Assembly: GCA_034429715.1 (NCBI GenBank)
Contig: DAOUFR010000011.1
Coordinates: 1,601-65,600, forward strand
Direction of reading: 5' to 3'
Origin: Dehalococcoidia bacterium
GTDB taxonomy: Bacteria; Chloroflexota; Dehalococcoidia; GIF9; UBA5629
DNA length: 64,000 nucleotides
Each line of letters opens with the position of its first letter. Within the stretch, counting starts at the first letter, position 1. Shown piece after piece: positions 16,650 through 27,685 of this stretch. The notes under the pieces were generated by a model. That model saw only the letters and a program-made list of their open reading frames with translations. It ran no database searches and was not told the DNA's origin. Position numbers and translations under genes: made by a program.

Positions 16650-17750
16650 ATGGAAATCAGCATTATAGGTTTGCCCGGCAGCGGAAAAACAACTGTTTTC
16701 GACGCTTTGACCAAATGTTCCGCCGAGCCCAGGCCGCACGGCGGCGCCGGGCTTACCCTGTTTCCGGCAGTAGCCAAGGTGCCGGACGCGCGCGTGATGA
16801 AGCTCAGCGATATCTTCCATCCCAAAAAGACTACACTGGCCGAGATAAAATACGTGGATTACGCCGGGCTTCCCAAAGGATTCGGCAGGGAGCAGGGGGT
16901 CAGCGGGCAGTTTCTCAACAGCCTCAGCACCTCGGATGCCATTCTGCAGGTCGTGAGAGCTTTCGAAGACGCGAATATACCCCATGTGGACGGGAGGATC
17001 GATCCGCTCAAAGACATCGAAACTCTGGACATGGAGCTCGTGTTCTCCGACCTGACCATCATCGAGAAACGGCTGGGACGCCTCGAATCAGCATTGAAAA
17101 TGGGGAAGTCCTCCGAGCGGGACGCGGCCGTCAAAGAGCAGGCGCTGCTCGGGAAAATCAAGGCTTCTCTGGACCAGGGAATCCCCATCAGGCTGCAAAA
17201 ATTGGCCGCAGACGAATTACGGGCGATCAGTAATTACCAGTTTTTGACGGCCAAGTCGATGCTGATCGTGATCAACATCGGCGAAAAGCAGTTGCCCGAG
17301 GCGGAAAGCATTCTTGGCACTCTTAAAGCAGCCTACTCCATGCCACAGGTGGAGCTCATCTCCATGTGCGGCAAACTGGAAAGGGAGCTGGCGCAACTGC
17401 AGGACGATGAGGCGGAGGAGTTCCGCAAGGATATCGGCCTCAAAGAAACCGCCTTCGCCGCTGTTATCAGACACTCTTATAGCCTGCTGGGTTTAATATC
17501 TTTCTTCACGGTGGGAGATGATGAGGTGAAGGCCTGGACTGTCAGGGAGAATACACCCGCCATCCAGGCGGCCGGCAAGATCCATACCGATATCGAGAGG
17601 GGTTTTATCAGGGCCGAGGTTATGAGCTATGACGATTTTATCAAGAGCGGGAGCACGGCCGAGGCGCGCAAGCACGGTTTACTGAGGCTGGAAGGTAAAA
17701 CCTATGCCGTGCGCGACGGGGATATCATGCATTTCCTGTTCAACGTATAA
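16650..17750 (+). CDS. ychF: Redox-regulated ATPase YchF (Obg family)
   Basis: IIGLPGSGKTT, DYAGL, NIGE, LISFFTVG, AGKIHTDIERGFIRAEV, DGDIMHFLFNV. Confidence 0.95.
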   Translation: MEISIIGLPGSGKTTVFDALTKCSAEPRPHGGAGLTLFPAVAKVPDARVMKLSDIFHPKKTTLAEIKYVDYAGLPKGFGREQGVSGQFLNSLSTSDAILQVVRAFEDANIPHVDGRIDPLKDIETLDMELVFSDLTIIEKRLGRLESALKMGKSSERDAAVKEQALLGKIKASLDQGIPIRLQKLAADELRAISNYQFLTAKSMLIVINIGEKQLPEAESILGTLKAAYSMPQVELISMCGKLERELAQLQDDEAEEFRKDIGLKETAFAAVIRHSYSLLGLISFFTVGDDEVKAWTVRENTPAIQAAGKIHTDIERGFIRAEVMSYDDFIKSGSTAEARKHGLLRLEGKTYAVRDGDIMHFLFNV

Positions 17751-17869
17751 TAATCGCTAATATTTGTACCGTGCCCCCTGTGATCCTTTCTCTTCAAGTT
17801 CACCGGCAAAAACCACGGTGTTATAATAGTCGATGATTTTTCCGGCATACTCACTATTAAGGAGCTTCC

Positions 17870-20143
17870 ATGAAAAAAAGCCACAAGGTCATAGCCTGGT
17901 TTGAGGAAATCACAAGGGAAGACATCGGCATCGCGGGCGGCAAGGGCGCCAACCTGGGCGAGATGGTACACGCCAATATACCGGTCCCACCCGGCTTTGT
18001 CGTAACCGCCACAGCCTATTACGAGTTCCTGGAAGCGACCGACCTTATGGACGAGATAAGGAAATTGCTGAAGGATGTAGATGCGAACGACAGCCGGGCG
18101 CTGCAGGACGCGTCTTACCATATAAAGGAGAAAATCGTCAGCGTGGCCATGCCGGAACACATGGTGAAAGAGATACAGACATCCTACCGCAAGCTGGGAG
18201 GCGGGCTGGTGGCGGTGAGGTCTTCGGCAACTGCGGAGGACCTTCCGGATGCTTCGTTTGCCGGACAACAGCGCACATTCCTTAACATACAGGGCGAGGA
18301 ATCCGTGGTCAAGGCTGTGCAGGAATGCTGGGCTTCCTTATTTGAATCAAGGGCCATTTTTTACCGCCATGAGCAGGGATTCGATCACTTCAAGGTTGGC
18401 ATAGCCGTACCTGTGCAGCGAATGATCCAGTCGGAGGCCGCCGGCGTGATGTTCACGGTGGAGCCGCTCAGCAGCGACCGCAGCAAAATACTGATCGAGG
18501 CCATTTTCGGGCTGGGTGAAGCCATAGTATCAGGGGACCTGACCCCCGATCAGTACACTCTGGACAAAAACAGCCTGTCTATTCTGGATAAAAAAATCGT
18601 CGAACAGGACTGGTTCCTGACGCGCAATCTCGAGGTGAAACCCGACGAACTTGAGACAAATATTAAGGTGCCGGTGCCGCCCAAACGTCAAAAAATACAG
18701 AAAATTGACGACGCCGATATTATCGGTCTGGCCACCATCGGCAAAAGGCTGGAGGAACACTATAAGACGCCGCAGGACGTCGAATGGGCCAAGGAAGGCG
18801 GGAAACTGTATATCGTACAGACACGTCCCGTCACCACTCTCAATCAACCCATGGACGCCTCTACCGTGGACGAACTGAAAGCCGAGGCCATCTTAACCGG
18901 TGTAGCGGCAAGCCCCGGCGCAGCCAGCGGCGTGGTCAAGATCATCCGTGACCCATCGCAAATCGATAAAATCATAGACGGCGATATCCTGGTAGCCGAG
19001 ATGACGACACCTGATTTTGTGCCGGCCATGAAACGGGCCGTTGGTATAATTACGGACAGGGGCGGAAGGACCGCCCATGCAGCGATCGTCAGCAGGGAGC
19101 TCGGCATCCCCTGCATCGTGGGCACCGAGCGCGCTACCTCCCTGCTCAAAGACGGCCAGGAGGTGACCGTCGACGGATCGTCCGGCAAGGTGTATTCGGG
19201 CCGCGTTGCTATCAAGAGCAAAAAGGCCAAAATCCGCAGCACGTCGGGCGCCCGCATCAAGACTAAAACCAAACTTTATGTAAATCTGGCTGAGCCCGAG
19301 CTGGCGGAAAGGATAGCGGAACGTGACGTGGATGGAGTGGGACTTTTGAGGGCCGAGTTCATCATGGCCAGGATGGCGGGACATCCTCGCTTCATGCTTC
19401 ACGAAGGTAAAGCCGCCCAATACATGGATGTGCTGACCAAGAATATCACCATGTTTACCAGGGCCTTTCATCCCAGGCCGGTCGTGTACCGCACCACCGA
19501 TTTCAAAACCAACGAGTACAGGAATTTGCCCGGCGGCTATAAATACGAGGAAACCGAAGAAAACCCGATGATCGGCTACCGGGGCTGCTCAAGGTATACC
19601 CACGAAGTTGAGGTTTTCAGGATGGAGCTCGACGCCATTAAAAGAGTCTGCCAGTCCTACGATAACCTTTACGTCATGATACCCTTCGTGCGCTTTGTAT
19701 CCGAGATCGTACAAATCAAGAAGATACTGACGGAGGAGGGCTTTTACCAGTTCCCCAAGTTCAAGCTGTGGATGATGGTCGAGGTGCCTTCCAATATCCT
19801 GCTCATGGACAAATTTATCGATGCCGGCATTGACGGCATATCCATTGGTTCCAACGACCTCACGCAGCTTATCCTGGGTATAGACCGGGATAACTCCAAA
19901 CTTGCCACGCAATTCGACGAAAGGAACGAGGCCGTGATGCTGGCCATCGAAAAGGCCGTAACCACCTCGGTCAGCAAGGGCATCACCTGCTCGATCTGCG
20001 GGCAGGCGCCATCTACCTATCCCGAGATAACCGAAAAGCTGGTAAGCTGGGGCATCACATCGATATCCGTGACACCTGATATGATCGACGAGACGCGGCA
20101 TATCATAGCCGACGCGGAAGAAAAACTGGCCGCCCGAAAATAA
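17870..20143 (+). CDS. ppsA: Phosphoenolpyruvate synthase
   Basis: GGKGANLGEM, VAVRSSATAEDL, GGRTAHAAIVSRELG (phospho-His), SIGSNDLTQL. Confidence 0.95.
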   Translation: MKKSHKVIAWFEEITREDIGIAGGKGANLGEMVHANIPVPPGFVVTATAYYEFLEATDLMDEIRKLLKDVDANDSRALQDASYHIKEKIVSVAMPEHMVKEIQTSYRKLGGGLVAVRSSATAEDLPDASFAGQQRTFLNIQGEESVVKAVQECWASLFESRAIFYRHEQGFDHFKVGIAVPVQRMIQSEAAGVMFTVEPLSSDRSKILIEAIFGLGEAIVSGDLTPDQYTLDKNSLSILDKKIVEQDWFLTRNLEVKPDELETNIKVPVPPKRQKIQKIDDADIIGLATIGKRLEEHYKTPQDVEWAKEGGKLYIVQTRPVTTLNQPMDASTVDELKAEAILTGVAASPGAASGVVKIIRDPSQIDKIIDGDILVAEMTTPDFVPAMKRAVGIITDRGGRTAHAAIVSRELGIPCIVGTERATSLLKDGQEVTVDGSSGKVYSGRVAIKSKKAKIRSTSGARIKTKTKLYVNLAEPELAERIAERDVDGVGLLRAEFIMARMAGHPRFMLHEGKAAQYMDVLTKNITMFTRAFHPRPVVYRTTDFKTNEYRNLPGGYKYEETEENPMIGYRGCSRYTHEVEVFRMELDAIKRVCQSYDNLYVMIPFVRFVSEIVQIKKILTEEGFYQFPKFKLWMMVEVPSNILLMDKFIDAGIDGISIGSNDLTQLILGIDRDNSKLATQFDERNEAVMLAIEKAVTTSVSKGITCSICGQAPSTYPEITEKLVSWGITSISVTPDMIDETRHIIADAEEKLAARK

Positions 20144-20178
20144 CGGGCGCCGCCGATCAGCATGGTAAGTTATTACTC

Positions 20179-21207
20179 ATGTCTGAAATGAATGTTCGAC
20201 AAAGGCTGGAGCAGGCCGAGGAGAACCTGTCGCCCTACGCGGCGCGCAGCATTGCCAGCCGCGGCAGGAGGGTTGCCGAGCAGCCGTGCCCTTTGAGAAC
20301 CGCTTTCCAGCGCGACCGCGACCGCATTATATTCTCCAATGCCTTCCGCAGGCTTAAACACAAGACCCAGGTATTCATTGCTCCGGAGGGCGACCACTAT
20401 ATAACACGCCTGACGCATACGCTGGAAGTTTCACAGATAGGCCGCACTATCTCCCGGGCGCTTTCCCTGAACGAAGACCTGACTGAAGCTATAGCTCTTG
20501 GCCATGACCTGGGGCATACACCCTTCGGGCACATAGGTGAAAATGTGCTGAACGAACTGGTCCCCGGCGGATTCAAGCATTACGAGCAGAGCCTGAGGGT
20601 GGTGGACCATATCGAAAATAAAGGCACGGGACTGAACCTGACCTGGGAGGTGCGGGACGGCATATTGAACCATTCCAAGGGCGACCTAGAGATACTGGAA
20701 GAAGGATGGAATACCGTGTCCACAGTGGAGGGCCAGGTGGTGAAGATGGCCGACCTGGTGGCATATATAAACCACGATGTCGAAGACGCTATCCGCGCCG
20801 GCATAATATCCAGCTCCGACCTGCCGGTCTCCACCGTCAGGACGCTGGGACAGTCCAATTCAAGCCGCATCAATACGCTGGTCACGAACATCGTAGCCTT
20901 TTCATCGGGAAAGATGGACGGCGGCGCCGACCGGCAGATCATAGGGATGAGCCCCGAAGTCCTGAACGCTGCCAACGAGCTGCGCGAGTTTCTCTTCGCC
21001 AGGGTTTACCGGAACAGCCTGGAGGAAGGGAAAGCGTCGGACGCCCGCGAGATAATACTCCTTCTGTACCGCCATTTCCTCAAGGATCCGACGAGGCTGC
21101 CCGGGGAGTACAGGATGTTGGATGGCGGCCATGAACGCCGCATCGCCGACTATATAGCAGGCATGACGGACCATTATGCTATACTCACAGCAGAAAACCT
21201 CAGATAA
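20179..21207 (+). CDS. dgt: dGTP triphosphohydrolase (HD family)
   Basis: FQRDRDRII..FRRLKHKTQVF, TRLTHTLEV, LGHDLGHTPFGH, YIAGMTD. Confidence 0.93.
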   Translation: MSEMNVRQRLEQAEENLSPYAARSIASRGRRVAEQPCPLRTAFQRDRDRIIFSNAFRRLKHKTQVFIAPEGDHYITRLTHTLEVSQIGRTISRALSLNEDLTEAIALGHDLGHTPFGHIGENVLNELVPGGFKHYEQSLRVVDHIENKGTGLNLTWEVRDGILNHSKGDLEILEEGWNTVSTVEGQVVKMADLVAYINHDVEDAIRAGIISSSDLPVSTVRTLGQSNSSRINTLVTNIVAFSSGKMDGGADRQIIGMSPEVLNAANELREFLFARVYRNSLEEGKASDAREIILLLYRHFLKDPTRLPGEYRMLDGGHERRIADYIAGMTDHYAILTAENLR

Positions 21208-21254
21208 ACACCGATCTCTCCCTATCCGCGCAATAAACAAGCTCTGATCAGACT

Positions 21255-23126
21255 ATGAACACGACAGACGAGATCAAACAGAGGCTGGACATCGTGGACG
21301 TGGTGTCGCAGTACGTCAAGCTGACCAAGTCGGGCCGCAACTACAAGGCCAACTGCCCCTTCCACAGCGAAAAAACGGCCTCTTTTTTCGTTTTCCCCGA
21401 GAAGCAAAGCTGGCATTGTTTCGGAGCATGCGCCACGGGAGGCGACATATTCACCTTCGTGATGAAAAAGGAGGGTATCGATTTCGGCCAGGCGCTACGT
21501 ATCCTGGCGGAAAAGGCCAATATCACTCTCACTTACAGGACCAGCCAGGCCTCCGCCGAAGAGAAGTCCCGGCAGGACACCCTTTTCAAACTGAACGAGG
21601 TCGCTGCGGAATACTATCACTATCTGCTGCTGCATGACGCAGAGGCTGAGACAGCCAGAAAATATACGGCAGGCCGGGGCCTCTCCCAGACGGTGATAGA
21701 CAATTTTCAACTGGGATACTCGCCCAATAAGTGGGACGGCCTGCTCGGCTATCTGTCCAAAGCAGGCTACAGGGAAGACGACATACTGGCAGTCGGGCTG
21801 ATCATTCAGCGCGACACAGGCGGCTTCCACGACAGGTTCAGAAACAGGCTGATGTTCCCCATACGGGATGTAAAGGGCCGTGTGGTCGGATTCGGCGGCC
21901 GTGCGCTGGACGATTCAATCCCCAAATACCTGAATTCGCCGCAATCGATATTGTTCGACAAGAGCTCCATTATCTACGGGATAGAGCGCGCTGCATCAGC
22001 GATCAGGCAGCATGACAGCGTGGTGATCAGCGAAGGATACATGGACACTCTGGCGGCGCACCAGTTCGGCTTCGAAAATACGGTCGCATCAATGGGCACC
22101 GCCCTCACGGAAAAACAGATATCGACTCTGCGCAAGCTGACGCGCAATATCATCGTTGCACTCGATGCCGACGCGGCCGGGCTTGAGGCCACGGCCCGCA
22201 GCATCACCACCATCGATGAACAGATACCCAAGGACCATTGGATGCCCTGGATTGAGCCGAAGACCTACAGTGAACTGGTCAAGCACGAGGTTCAGGTGGT
22301 CGAGATCGCGGGGGGGAAAGATCCGGACGAAATCATACGCAGTTCGCCCGACAAATGGGCCGGGCTGCTCAAGGAGTCTCAGCCCATAATCGATTTTACT
22401 TTAAAAAAGGAAATTGCTAATATAGACCAAAATAATCCCAAAGATAAGTCCGCATTAGTATCAAAGTTTTTACCAATTCTATCTCAGGTAGATGACAACG
22501 TCCGGCGTGCCCATTATGTTGAGAAGTTGTCGCACCTTCTCGGGCTTAATAAAGGGTTCGTACATGATGCAATATCCGATTTCCGGACCAGGGAAAAGAA
22601 ATCTAAAGCGGCGAGTGGCAGCAAGGCCATAAAGAGCTATGCCGATCAGATCGCATCTCCACATCATATTGAAAAGTATGTTCTGGCGTTATTACTCCTG
22701 TTCGCCGATCTCCGGGAGGAAGGCATGAGACTATCTGAGAAATATTTTGAACTTTCGGAAAATAAGGCTATATTATTGAAATGGCAGGGTGCTGCTAATC
22801 CGGATTCGCTTGGCGAGGATATGGATCCCCTGCTAAAGGAATTCTATGACCAGCTGATATCCATGGGGAATAAAATACCTTCATCCGTATATCATGATCG
22901 TAAGGATCGGGAAAACACATTGAACGATTGCATCAATAGATTGCTTGAGCGCCACATAAGAAATCGTGAGATCGAGAAGAAATTCATCCTATCCGAAGAG
23001 AAAGGCAGCGGTGATGTCGATAGTCAATTAGCGAAACTGATCGAACTGGATATAAAGGAAAGCCAGCAACTGCATGATATCTTCAATAAGCGCGGCCGAC
23101 TTTTCAGCCGTACAAAGGGAGACTGA
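21255..23126 (+). CDS. dnaG: DNA primase
   Basis: CPFHSEKT..WHCFGAC zinc finger, KYLNSP, SEGYMD, ALDADAAG (TOPRIM). Confidence 0.96.
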   Translation: MNTTDEIKQRLDIVDVVSQYVKLTKSGRNYKANCPFHSEKTASFFVFPEKQSWHCFGACATGGDIFTFVMKKEGIDFGQALRILAEKANITLTYRTSQASAEEKSRQDTLFKLNEVAAEYYHYLLLHDAEAETARKYTAGRGLSQTVIDNFQLGYSPNKWDGLLGYLSKAGYREDDILAVGLIIQRDTGGFHDRFRNRLMFPIRDVKGRVVGFGGRALDDSIPKYLNSPQSILFDKSSIIYGIERAASAIRQHDSVVISEGYMDTLAAHQFGFENTVASMGTALTEKQISTLRKLTRNIIVALDADAAGLEATARSITTIDEQIPKDHWMPWIEPKTYSELVKHEVQVVEIAGGKDPDEIIRSSPDKWAGLLKESQPIIDFTLKKEIANIDQNNPKDKSALVSKFLPILSQVDDNVRRAHYVEKLSHLLGLNKGFVHDAISDFRTREKKSKAASGSKAIKSYADQIASPHHIEKYVLALLLLFADLREEGMRLSEKYFELSENKAILLKWQGAANPDSLGEDMDPLLKEFYDQLISMGNKIPSSVYHDRKDRENTLNDCINRLLERHIRNREIEKKFILSEEKGSGDVDSQLAKLIELDIKESQQLHDIFNKRGRLFSRTKGD

Positions 23127-24848
23127 ATGGCAAAGATCTCAAACAAGGTGAAGCGTAAGAAAACGTCTCCGGCAAAGCCTGCGCGGAAGGGTAAAGTCGC
23201 GGTTAAGGGCGCAGCTAAGGGCGCAGTTAAAAGTGCGGTTAAAAGCGCGGCTAAAAGCCCGGTTAAGGCTGCGGTCAAGAGTACGCCAAAGGATGCTGCC
23301 AGGGATAAAGTGAAGGTCAAGGTAAAGGTCAAGGTTGAGCCTGTGACTGTCGAAGTCGAAGGCGCCACACTAACACAAACGGAATTCGAGGTACGCCCCG
23401 ACCCCTGGGGCAAGATCGAAGCCGAAGCCATGCCTCAGGACGAGAAAGAGCTGCTTTTCAGCGATATCGAAGCTGCCCCGGAGTTTGCCGAAGAATGGCT
23501 CAAGCCCGAAGTAGAGGAAAAGCCGCTCATAGAGCTTGAGATCGAGCTGGCCGAGCATGAAGCAATCGACGACCCGGTCAGGATGTATCTGCACGAGATC
23601 GGAAAATACCCGTTGTTGAACGCCAAGCTGGAACGTGAACTCGCCAGTAAAATCGAGCCCTTTAAATATATGGCCCATATCCGGGAGGCCTTCCGCCACC
23701 AGGAAAACCGTTTCCCCAGTATATCCGACTTCGTTATTCAGCTGCTGAAGAACCTGGCGGACAGCGACACCGTTATCGACAGACTGGGGGAACAACTCAA
23801 CGTCGCCAAGAAACCCAGCTTTAAAGAAAGGCTGCTCAATCAGAAGCTGCATCAGGCGATCGATGATTTTATCAATCCCGAAACGGTCATAAAAATCGCG
23901 GCGGATTTGAACCGTGAGCCCCACGAGATCGAAAAGAGGCTTGTCGATTACTCAATCTATGTTCGCATCATCAATCCCGAGATATTTTCTATCATAGACA
24001 GCAACTCGACCTGGGACAAAGTCAAGCAGATCGTTAATAAGGACGGCGAGACCAAACTTGCCGCAAAAATCGACGGACACAGCCATCCGTTTCAACAGAA
24101 ATTCGAACACATCGACAGGGACGGCAGGGAAGCCAGCAAGCAGCTTACCGTCTCCAATCTCAGGTTGGTGGTCAGCGTGGCCAAGAAATATGTCGGACAC
24201 GGGATGCCTCTGCTTGACCTGATACAGGAGGGCAACATCGGCCTGGTCAGGGCTGTTGAAAAGTTCGAATACCGCAAAGGATACAAATTCAGCACATATG
24301 CCACGTGGTGGATCAGACAGGCCATCACACGGGCGATAGCGGACCAGGCCAGGACCATACGCATACCGGTACATATGGTTGAGACTATCAACAGGCTGCT
24401 CAAGGTCAACAGAAAGCTGTCCCAGGAGTTTGGGCGCGAACCCAGTTGCGAGGAGATCGGTGTGGGCATGGAGATATCGGCGGAGAAGGTCAGGGAGATT
24501 ATGAAACTCTCTCAGGTGCCCATCTCCCTTGAGATGCCCATCGGCGAGGAAGAGGACAGCCATCTGGGTGATTTTATCGAAGATCGCTCCAACCTGCCCC
24601 CTGCTGACGCGGCTTCACGCGAGCTGCTCAAAGCCCAGCTCGATAAAGTCCTGGGCGAGCTGACTGAACGCGAGCGCAAGGTGCTGCTGCTCAGGTTCGG
24701 ACTTGAGGACGGCCGGGCCAGGACGCTGGAAGAGGTAGGCAAGGAGTTTAACGTAACACGCGAACGGATAAGGCAAATCGAAGCCAAAGCTTTACGCAAG
24801 TTGCGGCATCCCAGCCGGAGCCGTAAGCTTAAAGATTACCTCGAATAA
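23127..24848 (+). CDS. rpoD: Primary sigma factor RpoD with a Lys/Ala-rich N-terminal extension
   Basis: [60 protein letters not shown]; follows dnaG. Confidence 0.95.
   Translation: MAKISNKVKRKKTSPAKPARKGKVAVKGAAKGAVKSAVKSAAKSPVKAAVKSTPKDAARDKVKVKVKVKVEPVTVEVEGATLTQTEFEVRPDPWGKIEAEAMPQDEKELLFSDIEAAPEFAEEWLKPEVEEKPLIELEIELAEHEAIDDPVRMYLHEIGKYPLLNAKLERELASKIEPFKYMAHIREAFRHQENRFPSISDFVIQLLKNLADSDTVIDRLGEQLNVAKKPSFKERLLNQKLHQAIDDFINPETVIKIAADLNREPHEIEKRLVDYSIYVRIINPEIFSIIDSNSTWDKVKQIVNKDGETKLAAKIDGHSHPFQQKFEHIDRDGREASKQLTVSNLRLVVSVAKKYVGHGMPLLDLIQEGNIGLVRAVEKFEYRKGYKFSTYATWWIRQAITRAIADQARTIRIPVHMVETINRLLKVNRKLSQEFGREPSCEEIGVGMEISAEKVREIMKLSQVPISLEMPIGEEEDSHLGDFIEDRSNLPPADAASRELLKAQLDKVLGELTERERKVLLLRFGLEDGRARTLEEVGKEFNVTRERIRQIEAKALRKLRHPSRSRKLKDYLE
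23193..23276 (+). repeat. Seven degenerate 12-nt tandem repeats encoding K-x-A/P-V/A tetrapeptides in rpoD
   Basis: aaagtcgcggtt aagggcgcagct aagggcgcagtt aaaagtgcggtt aaaagcgcggct aaaagcccggtt aaggctgcggtc. Confidence 0.8.
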
Positions 24849-24874
24849 TCACTGGCTGACTTAGGAGGGAACCG

Positions 24875-25483
24875 ATGAGAATCCTTCAAGGATTTTTAAT
24901 ATTCATGGGCGCCCTGGCGGTGCTGGCCATTATCGCCCTGGTATTTGGCTACGTACTGGCATTGCTGACACCTGACATGCGCACGAGTATGAGGCCCGTG
25001 GTCCTGTCTTCGGAGGCTGTCGACAGCCTCAATAAAAAGATCAGCGATACGCAGAAAATTACCGAGGCAGCCTACGAAGCGAAAACCAGCAAAGATGTGC
25101 AGATAGTAATCACAGAGGAAGAGCTCAACTCCACTATCGTCATGGCCCTGGCCGAAGGAACCGTGCCCGCCAAGGAGATGCTGGTTAATTTCAACGACGG
25201 TTACCTGATGATGTATACGTCATGGAACTTCCCCGGTATTCCGGTTAGAACGGGTTTCATCGGAACACTGGACGCGGAAAACGGAAAACCGGTATTCGTA
25301 ATCCATGACTTTTACCTGGGAAAACTGCCGGTTCCGGATGATGTCGATAGAGGGGTGCAGAGCTGGATAAATATCCTCTTCCAGTTGAACGCTCCCATGG
25401 ACGAACTGGGATTCGAACTGAAAGAGATCACCATAACCGAAGGACAACTAAAACTGGCCGGTGTGACGAAAACAGGAAAGTAG
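24875..25483 (+). CDS. Membrane-anchored hypothetical protein (possibly YpmS/LmeA-like)
   Basis: N-terminal hydrophobic helix, ITEEELN motif, beta-rich C-terminus; GGAGG RBS. Confidence 0.55.
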   Translation: MRILQGFLIFMGALAVLAIIALVFGYVLALLTPDMRTSMRPVVLSSEAVDSLNKKISDTQKITEAAYEAKTSKDVQIVITEEELNSTIVMALAEGTVPAKEMLVNFNDGYLMMYTSWNFPGIPVRTGFIGTLDAENGKPVFVIHDFYLGKLPVPDDVDRGVQSWINILFQLNAPMDELGFELKEITITEGQLKLAGVTKTGK

Positions 25484-25491
25484 GCCGCCGC

Positions 25492-26823
25492 TCAGCGCCC
25501 CAGCAATCCCGACATATCCCTGGGCAATTTGCCTTTTGCCATCATTTTGGTCATCTTCTGAATACCATAGAACTGGTTAAGAAGCTGGTTGACGTCGCCC
25601 GGCGTGGTTCCGCTGCCTCTGGCTATCCTGCGTTTCCGGCTGCCGTTGACCAGATCGGGATTTGCCCTCTCTTCCGCTGTCATGGATAAAATAATCGCCT
25701 CTATCTTTTTAGTCCTGTCCTGACTCTCGCTATCCGATATCCCCTTGGTGAGCTTGGAGAAGCCGGGTATCATGTCCATGAGCTGGCTGAAGCTGCCCAT
25801 CTTCTTTATCTGCCTCATCTGTTCCAGCAGGTCATTGAGGTCAAATTCGGACTTTCTCAGCTTCGATTCCAGCTTCGCCATCTGCTGTTTATCGAAGGTC
25901 TTTTCCGCTTTCTCAATGAGCGTAAGCACATCGCCCATTCCCAGGATGCGCGAGGCCAACCTGTCAGGATAGAAAACCTCCAGCGAAGCGGTCTTTTCAC
26001 CCATGCCGATGAATTTAATCGGTACACCGGTCACCGATTTGATGGAAAGCGCCGCACCGCCTCTGGCATCTCCGTCCATCTTGGTCAATATGAGCCCGGT
26101 CAAACCCAGGTTGCTGTTGAATTCCCCCGCGATATTAACCGCATCCTGTCCGGTCATGGCATCGGCTATCAACAATATCTCGGCCGGCAAAACCGCCTTT
26201 TTAATGTCCTTCAGCTCCTGCATCAGAGGCGCATCGACATGCAACCTGCCCTGGGTGTCGATTATCACCCACGCAGCCGCCATCTCCTCCCCCCTCGCAA
26301 TAGAATTACAGCTGATCTGAACCGGGCTGGCGGTAACGTCCTCATGATAGACGGGAATATCAAGCTGGCCTCCCAGTACCTTAAGCTGGTCGATGGCGGC
26401 CGGCCTGCGCGTATCGGCCGCCACCAGAAGCACCTTCTGGCCTGATTGTTTTAAGTGAAACGCCAGCTTGGCCGCCGTGGTGGTTTTACCCGCACCCTGC
26501 AGCCCCACCAGCATGATCACAGACGGTTGACGGGAGGAGGCCTTCAGCCTGGCAGGCTCCCTGCCCAGTATGTCAACCAGTTCCTCGTTGACTATTTTGA
26601 CTATTTGCTGGGCCGGCGAAAGACTCTCGAGTACCTTTGCCTCCAGCGCCTTCTCTCTCACTACGGCCAGGAAGCTCTTCACAACCTTGAAATTGACGTC
26701 AGCCTCCAGCAGGGCCAGACGTATCTGCCTCAATGCCTCGTCTATGTCTTTTTCGCTCAGCCTGCCCTTGTTATTCAGCCCGCTGAATATCTTGCTGAGC
26801 TTCTCGGTCAATACTTCGAACAT
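25492..26823 (-). CDS. ffh: Signal recognition particle protein
   Basis: LLEADVN, GLQGAGKTTT, DTQGR, TKMDGDARGG, RILGMGD, M domain. Start placed at ATG 26823. Confidence 0.96.
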   Translation of the reverse strand: MFEVLTEKLSKIFSGLNNKGRLSEKDIDEALRQIRLALLEADVNFKVVKSFLAVVREKALEAKVLESLSPAQQIVKIVNEELVDILGREPARLKASSRQPSVIMLVGLQGAGKTTTAAKLAFHLKQSGQKVLLVAADTRRPAAIDQLKVLGGQLDIPVYHEDVTASPVQISCNSIARGEEMAAAWVIIDTQGRLHVDAPLMQELKDIKKAVLPAEILLIADAMTGQDAVNIAGEFNSNLGLTGLILTKMDGDARGGAALSIKSVTGVPIKFIGMGEKTASLEVFYPDRLASRILGMGDVLTLIEKAEKTFDKQQMAKLESKLRKSEFDLNDLLEQMRQIKKMGSFSQLMDMIPGFSKLTKGISDSESQDRTKKIEAIILSMTAEERANPDLVNGSRKRRIARGSGTTPGDVNQLLNQFYGIQKMTKMMAKGKLPRDMSGLLGR

Positions 26824-26880
26824 CACTAAAGCATAGCATATTTTTTTGCCGCGATTGCAGTCAGGATGTGTGGTGAAAAC

Positions 26881-26933
26881 GGGCGAATTTAAAAATCCGC
26901 CCCTACTGTAGGGGCGTACCTTCAGGTCCGCCC
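26881..26933. repeat. Inverted pair of GTAG-type REP-like palindromes (REPIN-like)
   Basis: Minus-strand copy GTAGGGGCGGATTTTTAAATTCGCCC (26881-26906) abuts plus-strand copy GTAGGGGCGTACCTTCAGGTCCGCCC (26908-26933). Confidence 0.7.
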
Positions 26934-27004
26934 GCATAGTGATTGTCATAGCCCCTACCATGTTGACAGCCAATTACTGCGGGATTATCCTAAATACATT
27001 TAAG

Positions 27005-27685
27005 ATGGCAGAAAAATACGAAATCAACAACTTTGAAAAGGAAGAGTCCTGGCGGCTTTTCAGATATATCGGCGAGCTGGTGGAGGGATTCGACAAGCTG
27101 TCGGGAATCGCTCCGGCCGTAACCATCTACGGCTCGGCAGTGGCCACGGAGAACCAGACCGATTACCAGAATGCCCGCCAGATCGCCTACCTGCTCGGTC
27201 AGCAGGGTTTCAATATCGTCACAGGGGGCGGTCCCGGCATGATGGAGGCTGCCAACCTGGGGGCAAGCGAAGCCGGCGTCAAATCGGTCGGGCTGAATAT
27301 AGTCCTGCCCAAGGAGCAGAAATGCAATACTTATTCAGGCCTGACCATCAACTTCAACCACTTTTTCGTGCGTAAGGTGATGCTGGTCAAATACGCCACC
27401 GCCTTTGTTATCATGCCGGGCGGCCTGGGAACGCTGGACGAGTTAACCGAGGTCCTGACGCTGATACAGACCAGCAAGATCAAGCCTTTCCCCGTGATAC
27501 TGTTCAACTCGACTTTCTGGCGCGGCTTCCTCGACTGGCTGCAGACCACCGTCCTGGCGACGGGTTATATTTCCGATTCGGACCTACACCTGCTCAGGAT
27601 CACGGATAAACCCTCCGAGGTGCTGGATATCGTCAGCAGCTGGTATCTGAGGCAGGCCATAGTAGGCAGGCAGGCTATTGATTAA
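27005..27685 (+). CDS. LOG-family protein (TIGR00730-like Rossmann fold)
   Basis: VTIYGSA, TGGGPGMMEA, HFFVRKVML, PGGLGTLDE. Confidence 0.92.
   Translation: MAEKYEINNFEKEESWRLFRYIGELVEGFDKLSGIAPAVTIYGSAVATENQTDYQNARQIAYLLGQQGFNIVTGGGPGMMEAANLGASEAGVKSVGLNIVLPKEQKCNTYSGLTINFNHFFVRKVMLVKYATAFVIMPGGLGTLDELTEVLTLIQTSKIKPFPVILFNSTFWRGFLDWLQTTVLATGYISDSDLHLLRITDKPSEVLDIVSSWYLRQAIVGRQAID

Noticed and set aside
26830-27000. SRP RNA (ffs) next to ffh
   Set aside because: No helix-8 CAGG...GGAA/GAAA...AGCAG motif; the structure is explained by the REP doublet.
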